A stretch of DNA of 64,000 nucleotides from NCBI GenBank assembly GCA_965237525.1, contig CBDEFO010000003.1:320001-384000 (forward strand), given 5' to 3'. Below the pieces are notes generated by a model. That model searched no databases and had not been told where the DNA came from. It worked only from the letters and a program-made list of their open reading frames with translations. Below are positions 45,233 to 56,481 of the stretch, in pieces. The position numbers and the translations under genes are program-made. The first letter of the stretch is position 1; every line of letters begins with the position of its first letter. The DNA comes from Candidatus Latescibacterota bacterium (GTDB lineage: Bacteria; Latescibacterota; CBDEFO01).

Positions 45233-47902
45233 ATGAAACATACCGCTGAACACAAACGGCTCGCCGCCCACCGAGAGCGCAAAGCCAACTGGAAGAAGTG
45301 GGGACCATACCTGAGCGAGCGGGCCTGGGGGACGGTGCGTGAAGATTACAGTGAGTATGGTACGGCTTGGGACTTCTTCCCCCACGACCACGCCCGAAGC
45401 AAAGCCTATCGCTGGAATGAAGATGGCCTGGCCGGTATCTGCGACCGCAATCAGTACCTTTGTTTTGCCCTGGCCCTCTGGAACGGGTGCGATCCGATCC
45501 TCAAGGAGCGGTTGTTCGGCCTGACCGGCCAGGAGGGCAACCACGGCGAGGATGTTAAGGAGTATTATTTCTATCTCGACAGTACGCCGACCCACAGCTA
45601 CATGAAAATGCTCTACAAGTATCCCCAGTCCGCCTTCCCCTATACCGATCTGGTCGCTGAGAACGGGCGGCGCGGCTTTCACGATTCCGAGTACGAACTA
45701 CTCGACACGGGGGTCTTCGCGGAAAACCGTTATTTCGACATATTCATCGAATATGCCAAGGCCGGCCAGGAGGACATCCTGATCAACATCACCGTCATCA
45801 ATCGCGGGCGGGAGGCGGCTGATTGCCGCGTTTTGCCGACGCTCTGGTTCCGCAACACCTGGAGCTGGGGCTACGAAGCCGGCCCCATGAACGACGTGTC
45901 AGGCAAACCCCGTCTACTGCGGATTGAGGGGCCCAAGGGTGTGTCCTCAGTCAAGGCCAGTCACCCAACCGCCGGGACTTACTATTTCTACGCCGAGGGT
46001 GAACCCGACCTCCTCTTCACCGACAACGAGACGAACGCCGAGCGGCTCTACGGTCTACCCAACGCCAGCCCCTACGTCAAAGACGCGTTTGGCAGCTATC
46101 TCATCGACGGTGAGGTAGCGGCGGTCAACTCCAACCGGAGAGGCACCAAAGTCGCGGCGCTGTACGGCGGCACTATTGCTCCCGGCGAGTCGCTAACCCT
46201 CCGCCTGCGCCTCTCAAATATTGCCCGCAAAGTGCCTTTCCAGAACTTCGATAAAGTATTCAAGCAGCGCAGGAACGAAGCGGACGAATTCTACGCCGCC
46301 GTTCAAAACCCAAATCTGGGCGAGGAAGAGAGACGGGTGCAGCGCCAGGCCCTGTCCGGCATGCTCTGGTCTAAGCAGCTTTATTACTACGACGTTGAAC
46401 AATGGCTCAACGGCGATCCGGGAACAGCGCCATCGCCAGCCTCTCGCCGGCACAGGCGCAACCACGACTGGGAGCATCTCACCAACTTCGATGTGATCTC
46501 TATGCCCGACAAGTGGGAGTATCCCTGGTACGCGACATGGGACCTGGCTTTTCATTGTATTTCCCTGGCGCTGGTTGATCCCGATTTTGCCAAGCGGCAA
46601 CTGGAATTGATGACCCGCGAGTGGTATATGCATCCCAACGGCCAGTTACCGGCTTATGAGTGGGCCTTCGGTGATGTCAATCCTCCGGTGCACGCGTGGG
46701 CCATCTGGCGGGTCTACAAAATCGAGGCCAAGCAGCAGGGACGCCCCGACCGCGACTTTCTGGAAAGCGTTTTCCACAAGCTGCTCCTGAACTTTACTTG
46801 GTGGGTGAACCGCAAAGACGAGGACGGCAGAAACATTTTCCAGGGCGGCTTTCTGGGCTTGGATAACATCGCTGTCTTTGACCGCAGCACCGCTCTGCCC
46901 ACCGGCGGGCACATCGACCAGTCGGACAGCACGGCCTGGATGGGGTCCTACTGCCTGACGATGTTGAAGATAGCCCTGGAATTGGCCCGGGAGAACCCCG
47001 TCTACCAGGACACGGCCACCAAGTTCTTCGAGCACTTTCTGCGCATCGCCCGCGCGATGACCAATTGCGGTGGGCAAGCGCATGGCCTGTGGGATGAGGA
47101 AGATGGCTTTTTCTACGATGCGCTCCACCTGCCGGACGGCAGCATCATTCCGCTGAAGGTTCGCTCATTGGTCGGCTTGCTGCCGCTCTTTGCGGTCGAG
47201 ACCATCGAGCCGGATATCCTGGAAACGATGCCTGATTTCAACCGGCGGTTGCACTGGTTTGCGGACAATCGTCCCCATCTGAGCGGCAATATGGCCAGCA
47301 TCGATGTGTCCGGCGTCGGCGAGCGACGACTGATGGCTATCTTAACCCGGGAGCAGTTGGTGCGGGTCTTACTCAGAATGCTCGACGAAAATGAGTTTCT
47401 CTCTGATTATGGCATTCGGTCTGTCTCAAAATATCACCATGCCCACCCCTACAGTTTCTACGTCGATGGTGAGGCCCATACGGTGAGCTACCAACCGGCC
47501 GAGTCTGAGAGCGGACTTTTCGGCGGCAACTCAAACTGGCGTGGCCCGATCTGGTTCCCGATCAACTACCTGATAATAGAATCCCTGCAAAAATTCCATC
47601 ACTACTACGGTGACGACCTGAAGGTCGAGTGTCCCACAGGGTCTGGAGAGATGATGACCCTGGGCGAGGTTGCCTCGGAGCTATCCAAACGACTGATGCG
47701 ACTCTTCCTCTGCAATGACGCGGGGGAGCGGCCCATTTACGGCGGCCAGCGCATTTTCCAGGAAGACCCCCATTGGCACGATCTTATCCTTTTCAACGAG
47801 TACTTCCACGGAGACAACGGCGCGGGCTTAGGCGCCAGCCACCAGACCGGCTGGACGGTCCTGGTAGCCAAGCTAATCCAACAATCAGGGGGATGGGGAT
47901 GA
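45233..47902 (+). CDS. MGH1-like/GH63 glycoside hydrolase (glucosidase)
   Basis: [59 protein letters not shown] 45233 after GGAGGAG. Confidence 0.9.
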   Translation: MKHTAEHKRLAAHRERKANWKKWGPYLSERAWGTVREDYSEYGTAWDFFPHDHARSKAYRWNEDGLAGICDRNQYLCFALALWNGCDPILKERLFGLTGQEGNHGEDVKEYYFYLDSTPTHSYMKMLYKYPQSAFPYTDLVAENGRRGFHDSEYELLDTGVFAENRYFDIFIEYAKAGQEDILINITVINRGREAADCRVLPTLWFRNTWSWGYEAGPMNDVSGKPRLLRIEGPKGVSSVKASHPTAGTYYFYAEGEPDLLFTDNETNAERLYGLPNASPYVKDAFGSYLIDGEVAAVNSNRRGTKVAALYGGTIAPGESLTLRLRLSNIARKVPFQNFDKVFKQRRNEADEFYAAVQNPNLGEEERRVQRQALSGMLWSKQLYYYDVEQWLNGDPGTAPSPASRRHRRNHDWEHLTNFDVISMPDKWEYPWYATWDLAFHCISLALVDPDFAKRQLELMTREWYMHPNGQLPAYEWAFGDVNPPVHAWAIWRVYKIEAKQQGRPDRDFLESVFHKLLLNFTWWVNRKDEDGRNIFQGGFLGLDNIAVFDRSTALPTGGHIDQSDSTAWMGSYCLTMLKIALELARENPVYQDTATKFFEHFLRIARAMTNCGGQAHGLWDEEDGFFYDALHLPDGSIIPLKVRSLVGLLPLFAVETIEPDILETMPDFNRRLHWFADNRPHLSGNMASIDVSGVGERRLMAILTREQLVRVLLRMLDENEFLSDYGIRSVSKYHHAHPYSFYVDGEAHTVSYQPAESESGLFGGNSNWRGPIWFPINYLIIESLQKFHHYYGDDLKVECPTGSGEMMTLGEVASELSKRLMRLFLCNDAGERPIYGGQRIFQEDPHWHDLILFNEYFHGDNGAGLGASHQTGWTVLVAKLIQQSGGWG

Positions 47903-48029
47903 CGGCAGGTGTTGTGGGTGCCTCGCGTCAGATCGACTGAACGGGTCTGGCGGCGAAATTGTTACGGCCTTGGGGATAAGAGCGATCAAAAGGGCGTCCA
48001 GAGATCGAACGACAAAAGGAGAACAGAAC

Positions 48030-48891
48030 ATGAGTACTTCCCAACGGGAGAAGAACCTCCCAGACGTTGTGATGCCGGCGTGCTCTATCGAAAAGATCCT
48101 GAAGGGACAAAAAGCCCTGGTAACCGGTGCCAGCTCGGGCATCGGAAAGGGGGTTGCCATTGCCCTGGGACAGGTAGGGGCGGACGTGGTCGTGAACTAT
48201 GTCTCAGGCGAAGCGGCCGCACTGGAAGTCGTAGATGAGATTAGACGCTGTGGAGTGTCAGGCCTACGTACACCAGGCGGAAGTTTCCCAGGAAGATCAG
48301 GTTCAGGCCATGTTTCAGCACATGTTCCAGAAGTTTGGTACGATCGACATTCTGATCAATAACGCAGGACTGCAGCAGGATGGGCCCTTTGAAGACATGA
48401 CACTGGCGCAATGGAACGTGGTGATCAACGTCAAACTGACCGGTCAATTCCTCTGTGCCCGGGAAGCGGTACGTGAATTTAAGCGCCGGGGTGTGGTGGT
48501 GGTGGTTTCCTGCGCAACGGGCAAGATCATCTGCATTAGTTCCGTTCATGAATTGATTCCCTGGGCCGGCCATGTGAATTACGCCGCTTCCAAGAGCGGT
48601 GTGATCCTGATGATGAAAAGCATAGCACAGGAAGTGGCACCCTATCGCATCCGGGTCAAGAGCATTTCACCGGGAGCGATTCGTACCCCGATTAATACGG
48701 ACGTCTGGAGCACGTCCGAGGCGTACAACGAGCTTATGGAATTGGTACTGTACAACCGGATTGGCGAGGTGGATGACATCGGGCGGACAGCTGTCTGGCT
48801 CGCGTCCGACCACGCTGACTATGTGACGGGCATCAGCCTGTTTGTGGATGGCGGCATGACCCTGTACCCTGGTTTTGAAACAGGAGGTTAA
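48030..48891 (+). pseudogene. Glucose 1-dehydrogenase-type SDR, frameshift near 48255
   Basis: [28 protein letters not shown] and DGGMTLYP lie in a second frame. Confidence 0.85.
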
Positions 48892-49080
48892 CGTTTCCCG
48901 GAGGGTCTACTGCCGTGCGGTGGACAGTGCAGCCGTTAGGTGCGTGACAAAGCGTGATCGCATTTACTTTTTATTGTTTCGTGTAATCAAAACTGTAGTG
49001 CTCCCCTGGAAGGCGACATCAATTGAGCACCCTGAGGCAGCAGATAAGATTTTCTTTCCCATTCTTGTGGAGTTCTGCAT

Positions 49081-49101
49081 CCTTGATAGATTCAATCGGG
49101 G
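49081..49101 (+). repeat. 21-bp hairpin repeat, copy 6
   Basis: ccttgatagattcaatcgggg at the point where the IS1595 transposase breaks off. Confidence 0.8.
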
Positions 49102-49531
49102 ACAATAACCTTACCTTCGGCACCCCAACCTGGCTTACCTGGTCTCTTGCCACCGAACATAGTCTCATCTCTCCGGATAGGAACCTCAACTCCTCCAGAG
49201 AGCTTTGATAGACAGCGAGACGTACCATATGGTAGAAATGTTCAAGAGTATGTAGATGTACTGGAACTCGGAACCTTAATCGGTAAGCTGGAACCGCAAG
49301 ACAAAAAAACTCAAGAAACCTCCCCTTCCAATAGGGAGAAATCTTGCTCCTAGACCAGTAAGTATTGGCTCGGAAACGGTAGCTTCTTCGGCATCGTTCA
49401 CAACGATATCGACCATCCGACAGTTTCCAAAATTTGGTGCACCTAAAGTAGATACATTTTGGCACACCTTAATATGCAGTCATAATGAACTCTTCGCAAT
49501 ATATAAAGTTGCCTAATGTTGTAGCATTACC
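49102..49531 (-). mobile_element. IS1595-family transposase remnant
   Basis: N-terminal zinc ribbon (C..C...YRCERC); DETMFGGKRPGKPGWGAEGKVIV in a shifted frame; truncated. Confidence 0.8.
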
Positions 49532-49770
49532 TTTAATAATAATGACAACTTTTGTCACAGTCCATACAACACTGCGTTATTTTCCTGATAAGTAATTCTA
49601 CGGGGAATCTGATGGATTAGGTAGCTACGTAAGGTGTCGATAAATTAGGTGTGAACATGCAAAATAAAATAGTGGATGTCAATAGAAATTGCGAAGGACC
49701 AGAGCATTATGTTTTCACTCTGGAAGTGAGAAAGCCTAGATTAGTCTGGATACGTTACTTAGCGGTTATT

Positions 49771-51058
49771 TATCAAATGAAATCGGTGCACTTCTCTTTC
49801 GATCTTTGATTGATCTTGAATGATAGGTTTTCGACAATCTTTGGTTTCTGTTCTTTTTCAAAATGGATGTATAATTGTTCTTCTTTTAGGTTCCATTCAG
49901 CCAGGACAAAGTAGTTGGTGTAAGAGGAGGGAAGAGATACTTTCTCATTTAGGACATCGATAAAGGCTTTATCTGTCTGTTCTGTGTCCTGTTTGACTTG
50001 TCTGATAAAATAGGTCTTGGGAATGAAATCTTTCTCGTTTGACTTCTCTTGCTTAGGTGGACGGTAGCCGGTGTATCTCTGTGATGAAAGATTAAACCAT
50101 TCTAACTTCTGATCAACTTCTTGTAAGCTTTTGAACTGAATTCTGTTCCAGAACTTCCTTGAAAATACAGAATTGTTGCCTTCTATAGATGCTTGAGAAA
50201 AGGGCCTTCTGGGAACGGCAAATATCGGAATCACTTGATTTTTCAAGAGAAACTGCATTGCTTTGCTGACATTCCTTTTACCTGAAACACTGCCAATAGT
50301 CGCCGAGCAATTGTCCACCTTAACGAAATCTGGTTTTTCAAACCTGTCAAAGAAAGACTGACACTTCTCGATAAAGTTAGTTGCTGTTTGACCGTCAACC
50401 CGCCGAAAATACCTTAACTTAGGCTCTTTCTTAAAGGAAAATCCAACGAAGTTGACCGGCTCAGTTCTGCCGGTAAGATACTTTTTACCAATAAAGTCTG
50501 ATTCTAGGACTCTGCCTCCTGAAAGATAGTAAATGGTATACTCTGGATAACAAAGATAACGAGATGCACCCTTGTTTTTACCTTTCTTCCTTCTCTGGGA
50601 AAGTCCTAAATCTGAAAGCATTCTGCCGATAGTCGGCAACGACGGAGGAGGGGTGCTAGAATATCGATTCCTCCATTCTTGTTCAATAACAGTGGCTCCT
50701 GAATAGAACTGATAAGGATCGTCCTCTAAGCTATGGTAAATCTCTTTGATTCTCTGTTCGTCAACTTTAGCCAATTTTCGCCTTTTTCCTTTTGGCCAAC
50801 CCCGATTATCCATGGCAAAATCCTGATCCAGAGATTTAGTCCAAGCCGTAACGAAATCATTGGAAACTCTCGCTTGTTTGATAACTTCTCGCTTTGACAT
50901 TTCTTTCTTAAAATACATCTCGTTGACTTCTTGTCTTAATACGGCCAATCTCTCTTTGTCCATAGGACTCCGTAGATTAAAGTTAAGACAATCAACTCAA
51001 CTTAATCTACTAATACTCTAAACAAAGATCAAATTAGGTGCACCGATTTCATTTGATA
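49771..51058 (-). mobile_element. Intact IS with perfect 21-bp terminal inverted repeats (IS481-like or unclassified)
   Basis: TATCAAATGAAATCGGTGCAC at 49771-49791 and its reverse complement at 51038-51058. Confidence 0.88.
49773..50963 (-). CDS. DDE (integrase-core) transposase
   Basis: N-terminal HTH-like region; ESDF...KVDN...PRRPFSQASIEGNN (D-43-E); stop codon lies within the inverted repeat. Confidence 0.85.
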   Translation of the reverse strand: MDKERLAVLRQEVNEMYFKKEMSKREVIKQARVSNDFVTAWTKSLDQDFAMDNRGWPKGKRRKLAKVDEQRIKEIYHSLEDDPYQFYSGATVIEQEWRNRYSSTPPPSLPTIGRMLSDLGLSQRRKKGKNKGASRYLCYPEYTIYYLSGGRVLESDFIGKKYLTGRTEPVNFVGFSFKKEPKLRYFRRVDGQTATNFIEKCQSFFDRFEKPDFVKVDNCSATIGSVSGKRNVSKAMQFLLKNQVIPIFAVPRRPFSQASIEGNNSVFSRKFWNRIQFKSLQEVDQKLEWFNLSSQRYTGYRPPKQEKSNEKDFIPKTYFIRQVKQDTEQTDKAFIDVLNEKVSLPSSYTNYFVLAEWNLKEEQLYIHFEKEQKPKIVENLSFKINQRSKEKCTDFI

Positions 51059-51769
51059 TTCAACCAGTAGATACTAATCATGGAGTTATTAGTCACATCA
51101 CCCTTATCGAGAAGCCAAACTATTACTCCCATAACAAATAGGCCTGTGATCTGAATACAAAACGCCAGCCACAACCTATCTTTTGTCATCTGAGTCCCCC
51201 TAAATTTTGTATTACTCCAGAATTAGAGATGGTTGATTGAAAGTGTAAGGAAGCAACAGCGGTTGCGCACAAGTAATATAACTGTTATTTCTTTGACTGA
51301 TTACAAATTAGGATCAAGGAGGTGAGCGATAACGAACCCATATTACTCCAACAGATAATGGGAGGTCTCCTCTATCTTAAGCAAGCGACTTCAGTCGAGT
51401 CAAAAATTGGTGGAAACTTTACCTTTACCTGAAAAGACGCACAAGGTGATGCTAACCGATCGAGGATTGACCTCTATCAAGTTGAACAATCTCCACAACC
51501 AATGTGAAAGACTTGCTTAACTTGTCTGACTCCGTGCTGCGAGAAATGATTTACGTCATTTTAATCTCACCCTCTCATACCCCTAATTTATAAAATATCT
51601 GTCTCTTTGTCAAGCGGAATGTCCTTAGATTAGTTGAAATAGAGAAGGCTCCGAGGTTAAATCAGATATGAAATCGAAGTTAGCATAAAAACATCCATAT
51701 CTTTAACTCAAGGACTCACAATGAGAAAAGCAAGTTCAAACTCCTCGAAAGTCAAGTCTGTTTAAGAGG

Positions 51770-52135
51770 AACCGTAGGCAGAGTCGGGCCCGCCGCCGAA
51801 TCTGCCGGTCGGGTCTTCCCCATGGAAATCCACATGGACAACGTGGGTGGACAGGTTCGCCCGGGGATGATCGGAAGGCTCAAAGCGGTGCGCCGCATCT
51901 ATCGGGAGGAGGTGGTCATCCCCAGAGAGGTGGTTCTGGAGAGGGAGGAAGCTCCGGCAGTCTTCGTGGTGAACGATGACGTCTCTCACTGAGACATGTG
52001 AAATTAGGGGCAGCAGAGGGCGCCCGCGTGATCGTGGAGAACGGGCTGGATTTCGAAGATCAGATCGTGGTGAAGGGAGGACGGTATCTCATCGACGGCG
52101 ACAGGGTGAAGGTGATGGAGGTCATAGGAAAATGA
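51770..52135 (+). pseudogene. RND efflux membrane-fusion protein, C-terminal remnant
   Basis: FARGMIGRL...VVIPREVV...VFVV and IVENGL...IVVKGGRYLIDGDRV fragments; start approximate. Confidence 0.65.
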
Positions 52136-52923
52136 GGATAACCGACTACGCCATCCGCCACCGGGTCACGGTCTACGTGCTTGCGATCATATTTATCCTC
52201 TTCGGGGGTTACTCGTACTGGTCGCTTCCGAGGGAGGCTGCGCCGGACATCACCATCCCCTTTATTATAGTCAGCACACTCTACATCGGCGCGCCTCCGC
52301 AGGACGTGGAAAACCTCGTCACACGTCCTATCGAAAAGGAACTGCAGGGACTGGAGAACGTGAAGGAGATCAGATCCACCTCAGCGGAGGGCGGATGCAC
52401 CATCTCCATCGAATTCAATCCGAACGTAGATATAGACGACGCCCTGCAGAAGGTCAAGGATAAGGTGGATCTGGCTAAACCCGAGTTCCCCGAGGATACT
52501 GAGGATCCGATCGTGATGGAGATCAACTTCTCCAATATCCCGATGATGATCGTCAATTTGGCGGGGGACTACGGACTGATCCGCCTGAAGGAGATCGCCG
52601 AGGATCTGCAGGACGACATCGAGACGATCCCGGGGATACTGGAGGCGCGTATAGCCGGAGGATTGGAGCGGGAAGTCAAGGTCGATGTGGATCCGGATCG
52701 ACTGACGGCGATCACGACCATTTTGGGCCCTATCCCCCTTTCGACCGGCATCAGCTTCGACTTCTTCACGTTCGGCTGGGAGATCGGAGGCAGAAGCAGT
52801 CAGTGGTGGGGACCGATGGGCGTAGCCGTGATCTTCGGGCTTGCCTTCGCAACGGCACTGACTCTGATAGTGGTGCCGGTGATTGTCAGTTTGATCTGGA
52901 AAATAACCGGAATAGATAAATAG
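52132..52923 (+). pseudogene. AcrB-family RND permease with a large in-frame internal deletion
   Basis: N-terminal LPREAAPDI...VENLVTRPIE...EREVKVDVDPDRL joined directly to C-terminal TAITTILG...WWGPMGVAVIFGL; only 263 aa. Confidence 0.85.
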
Positions 52924-52959
52924 ACAACAGACAGTGACAGGGTACATCCCAACTCCATT

Positions 52960-53115
52960 GAGATTGCTTCGCCCACATCGTGGCTCTACTGCCTATCCTT
53001 ATTACTCCCTGACAAAGCGCCTACGGCGCCTCGCCATGACATTGCTTTTCTCACCTGCGGTCGGCACCAAGATATCTTTTAGTCATTGCGAGGGGACTTG
53101 CCCTGAAGCAATCTC
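52960..53115. repeat. REP-like GTCATTGCG...GAAGCAATCTC palindrome pair
   Basis: Two inverted units (52960-53040 and 53082-53115); same family inside both MITE copies, at 59585-59645 and at 63236-63308. Confidence 0.75.
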
Positions 53116-53152
53116 GGAGGATGGGATGCAGTGCCCCCTCTCTACCCCCGAT

Positions 53153-53173
53153 CCCCAATAGATTCAATCGGGG
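53153..53173 (+). repeat. 21-bp hairpin repeat, copy 7
   Basis: ccccaatagattcaatcgggg next to the purD stop codon. Confidence 0.85.
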
Positions 53174-53174
53174 G

Positions 53175-54452
53175 CTACTGTATGCTGTCTACTCCTTTTT
53201 GTCCTATATCCTTCCTGTAATGCATCCCATCGAAGTGTATCTTCTCCATAGCCTCGTAAGCCACTGAGATCGTATCGTTGAGGTCATATCCTAAGGCAGT
53301 CACCCCGAGTACCCTACCGCCGCTGGTGACTACTTTGCCGTCTTTTAAGGTCGTTCCGGCGTGGAAGACAAGCACATCTTCGAGTCTCTCTGCCAAATCG
53401 AGTCCGCTGATGGGCACTCCGACTTCGTAGTCTCCGGGATAACCTTCCGACGCCGCTACGACGCACACCGCGGCTTTATCGGAGTTTTTGAAGGCAGCAT
53501 CTTTAAGATCGTCGTCTATCACGGCTTCGATGACCTCTACTAAGTCGTTCTCGATAAGCGGAAGCGTGACCTGCGCCTCCGGGTCGCCGAACCTGCTGTT
53601 GAACTCAATGACCTTCGGGCCGTCGTCCGTGACGATAAGACCTCCGTAGAGGACGCCTTTATACTCTCTCCCCTCCTCCCTGAGACCCTCTATAGTAGGG
53701 CGCATTATCGTGTCAACTATCTGGATAATGATCTCATCAGTCACCAAAGCCGCGGGGGCGTAGGCCCCCATCCCACCTGTGTTCGGCCCTTCATCGTTAT
53801 CGAACGCCCTCTTATGATCCTGAGATGAGACGAGAAGCGCCATGTCGCTCCCGTCCGTTATGGCGAATATGGACGTCTCCTCACCTTCCAGATATTCCTC
53901 TATTACTACACTATCGCCTGCCCCCCCGAATACCCTCTCCTTCATTATGGAATACAGAGCCTTTTCGGCTTCGTCCTCACTCATCGCGACGATAACACCC
54001 TTTCCTTTAGCCAGACCCGACGCCTTTACGACTATAGGAGCTCCCACGTCTTTGAGGTATCCTGAAGCCTCGTCGTAGTCCGTAAAGATCCGATATTGAG
54101 CGGTCGGGATGCCGTGCCTTGCCATAAAGTCCTTGGCGAAGGCCTTGCTCCACTCGATCTGGGAGGCGGCCTTTGTGGGTCCGAATATCCGCTGTCCACT
54201 CTCCTGGAAACGGTCAACTATCCCCATAGCGAGGGGATCGTCAGGACCCACGACAGTTATATCTATCTCTTCTTTGATGGCTAATGCCAGAAGTCCCTCT
54301 ATGTCCTCCGCCTTTATGGGGACGCACTGGGCAATACCATCTATTCCGGCGTTTCCGGGGGCGGCGAATATCTTCTTGACGTTGGGACTTTGAGCCATCT
54401 TCCAGACGAGCGTATGTTCCCGCCCTCCGCTTCCTATGACTAATATCTTAAT
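53175..54452 (-). CDS. purD: Phosphoribosylamine-glycine ligase; apparent ATT start codon
   Basis: KILVIGSGGREH N-terminus begins at ATT 54452 after GAGGTG; PGNAG, GLAKGKGV, QDHKR, GPNTGGMGAY, EFNSRFGDPE, TSGGRVL. Confidence 0.95.
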   Translation of the reverse strand: MKILVIGSGGREHTLVWKMAQSPNVKKIFAAPGNAGIDGIAQCVPIKAEDIEGLLALAIKEEIDITVVGPDDPLAMGIVDRFQESGQRIFGPTKAASQIEWSKAFAKDFMARHGIPTAQYRIFTDYDEASGYLKDVGAPIVVKASGLAKGKGVIVAMSEDEAEKALYSIMKERVFGGAGDSVVIEEYLEGEETSIFAITDGSDMALLVSSQDHKRAFDNDEGPNTGGMGAYAPAALVTDEIIIQIVDTIMRPTIEGLREEGREYKGVLYGGLIVTDDGPKVIEFNSRFGDPEAQVTLPLIENDLVEVIEAVIDDDLKDAAFKNSDKAAVCVVAASEGYPGDYEVGVPISGLDLAERLEDVLVFHAGTTLKDGKVVTSGGRVLGVTALGYDLNDTISVAYEAMEKIHFDGMHYRKDIGQKGVDSIQ

Positions 54453-54490
54453 TTAACACCTCGCGAAAGTCACATCTGTGTGGATTGTCA

Positions 54491-54555
54491 GGGCAGACAC
54501 GCGGGTCTGCCCCTACTGACAAAATCTATGTAGGGGCGAACCCATGTGTTCGCCC
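54491..54555. repeat. GTAG-type REP doublet
   Basis: Inverted pair GTAGGGGCAGACCCGCGTGTCTGCCC / GTAGGGGCGAACCCATGTGTTCGCCC. Confidence 0.8.
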
Positions 54556-54962
54556 TCCTTATCGCCAATATCCGAACTCTCTCAGATCTGAATCCTTATT
54601 TCTCCAATCTTTTCTGACCTTGACCCACAGGTCTAAATATACGGGTGTTTGGAGGAAATCCTCTATTTTGACTCTGGACGCCCTGCCTATGGATTTGAGC
54701 GACCTCCCCTTTGCACCTATGACGATGCCCTTTTGAGATTCTCTCTCCACAAATATATTGGCGCTGATGTAGGTCTTTTCTCCTCTCTTCGTGAATTCCT
54801 CTACAAGCACAGCTGTCGAGTACGGGATCTCCTCTCTCAACCGGTCGAACACCTCCTCCCGTATCAACTCCGAGACGAAGAACCTTTCAGGTTGTTCAGC
54901 GATCACGTCCTCCGGATAGAGACGAGGACCAGAAGGGAGATATTTTTCGAGCAGGACTCTAA

Positions 54963-56481
54963 AAGCCTTGTGAAAAACCCTTAGATTCAGAAAGTAGTAT
55001 AGAACAAGCATTGATAAAGCAGCTCCGATGTATTATATTATGTTATTGATAATATTATACATGGAGGAAACAATGACCCCACAAAAGCAGGAACAGACAA
55101 ATCCGATGTTTCACTATTTTCAGATGGAGGATTTAGTTCCCGAGGATCATATCCTTCGTCAGATTGATGAGGCAGTTGATTTTTCATTTGTACGAGACGT
55201 TGTATCAGATTGTTATTGCCCTGACAATGGCAGACCCGGTATTGATCCTGAATTAGTTGTTCGAATGATCCTTATTGGCTATCTGTATAATTTGAGTGAG
55301 AATCGGCTCTGTCAGGAAGTGGGGATGCATGCGGCATATCGGTTGTTTTGTCATCAGACATTTGATGATGCGGTTCCGGATAGGAGCACGATCAACAAGC
55401 TTCGCAATCACAAGTGGGCATCCAGTGGGTTGTTTGAACGGATAATGCGTCAGGTAGTCCAGTGTTGCATAGATGTCGGTCTTGTGAGCGGTAAACACCT
55501 TAGTGTCGACGGCACTCAGATACAAGCTGATGCTTCAGTGAAAAGTATTGAGCCGATAGAACCCCCTGTTTCTCTTGATGATTATCTCAAGGGAATCGGT
55601 TTTGAAGGTGATAAGACAAAGGGTAGGTCCGGGCATCCTCAGGATAAAGACTTTCATGGTGAAAAGTGGACGAACCAAACACACCGTTCGACTACAGACC
55701 CCGACGCGCGCTTATACAGCAAATCGAAGGGCAAAGGGGCTTTTCTCTCGTTTATGGGCCATGATCTGATCGACACAAAAAGCAGAGTAATCCTTGAGAC
55801 TCAGGGCACGCAGGCGACAGGGACAGCAGAGCCCGAAAGTGCCCTTAAGATGGTAGATGACCTTGAAACATACACCATGCCCAAAGACATTCAGACACTT
55901 AGTGCCGATACCGGTTACGGTTCTGGTAATTTTATCGCTGATGTACTTGACCGGGGAATCATACCCCATATTCCTCTGCGAGCCGATGAGAAGATTGAAC
56001 CGATTCCTACATGGAAAAACAAGACAAATTCAGCACATATTCAGGCCGAACGGGATAGAAAAGTGCGAGAGGCGAAAGCCAGAAATCATGCACGGTCTAT
56101 CTCATTAACAGCTGACTACAAACTCTCCCAGAGACTCCGTAAACGCAGTGAACATATCTTTGCTGAAGCCAGGCAACAACACGGTATGGGACGAGCCCGT
56201 TATAGAGGACCAGCCTCACTGAATGAACAGTTGAATCTTGTTGCAACAGTACAGAATCTCAAGAGGCTTGTATCTTTCATAAGAAGGGGGAAAGCGTCTA
56301 TGTGTGCCCTGTCTGTCAAAGACAGTGCACCCTGTTCTTCAAACAGCTCCTGTTCCTTGCTGACCAGAACTCTGATAAGACTATTTTGCTTATTCCACAG
56401 CAAAACGATACGATATGCTACTCTTTGACCCATAATCGGCGCTTCAGACGCTGCCTGGGACATAACTATTTCACAAGGCTT
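54963..56481 (+). mobile_element. IS1182-family insertion sequence, intact
   Basis: 13-bp perfect inverted repeat AAGCCTTGTGAAA; 4-bp target duplication CTAA (54959-54962 and 56482-56485). Confidence 0.92.
55073..56428 (+). CDS. IS1182-family transposase
   Basis: LVPEDHILRQID, GRPGIDP, PDRSTI, VDGT, STTDPDAR, ADTGY, R...EHIFAE; ATG 55073 after GGAGG. Confidence 0.92.
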   Translation: MTPQKQEQTNPMFHYFQMEDLVPEDHILRQIDEAVDFSFVRDVVSDCYCPDNGRPGIDPELVVRMILIGYLYNLSENRLCQEVGMHAAYRLFCHQTFDDAVPDRSTINKLRNHKWASSGLFERIMRQVVQCCIDVGLVSGKHLSVDGTQIQADASVKSIEPIEPPVSLDDYLKGIGFEGDKTKGRSGHPQDKDFHGEKWTNQTHRSTTDPDARLYSKSKGKGAFLSFMGHDLIDTKSRVILETQGTQATGTAEPESALKMVDDLETYTMPKDIQTLSADTGYGSGNFIADVLDRGIIPHIPLRADEKIEPIPTWKNKTNSAHIQAERDRKVREAKARNHARSISLTADYKLSQRLRKRSEHIFAEARQQHGMGRARYRGPASLNEQLNLVATVQNLKRLVSFIRRGKASMCALSVKDSAPCSSNSSCSLLTRTLIRLFCLFHSKTIRYATL

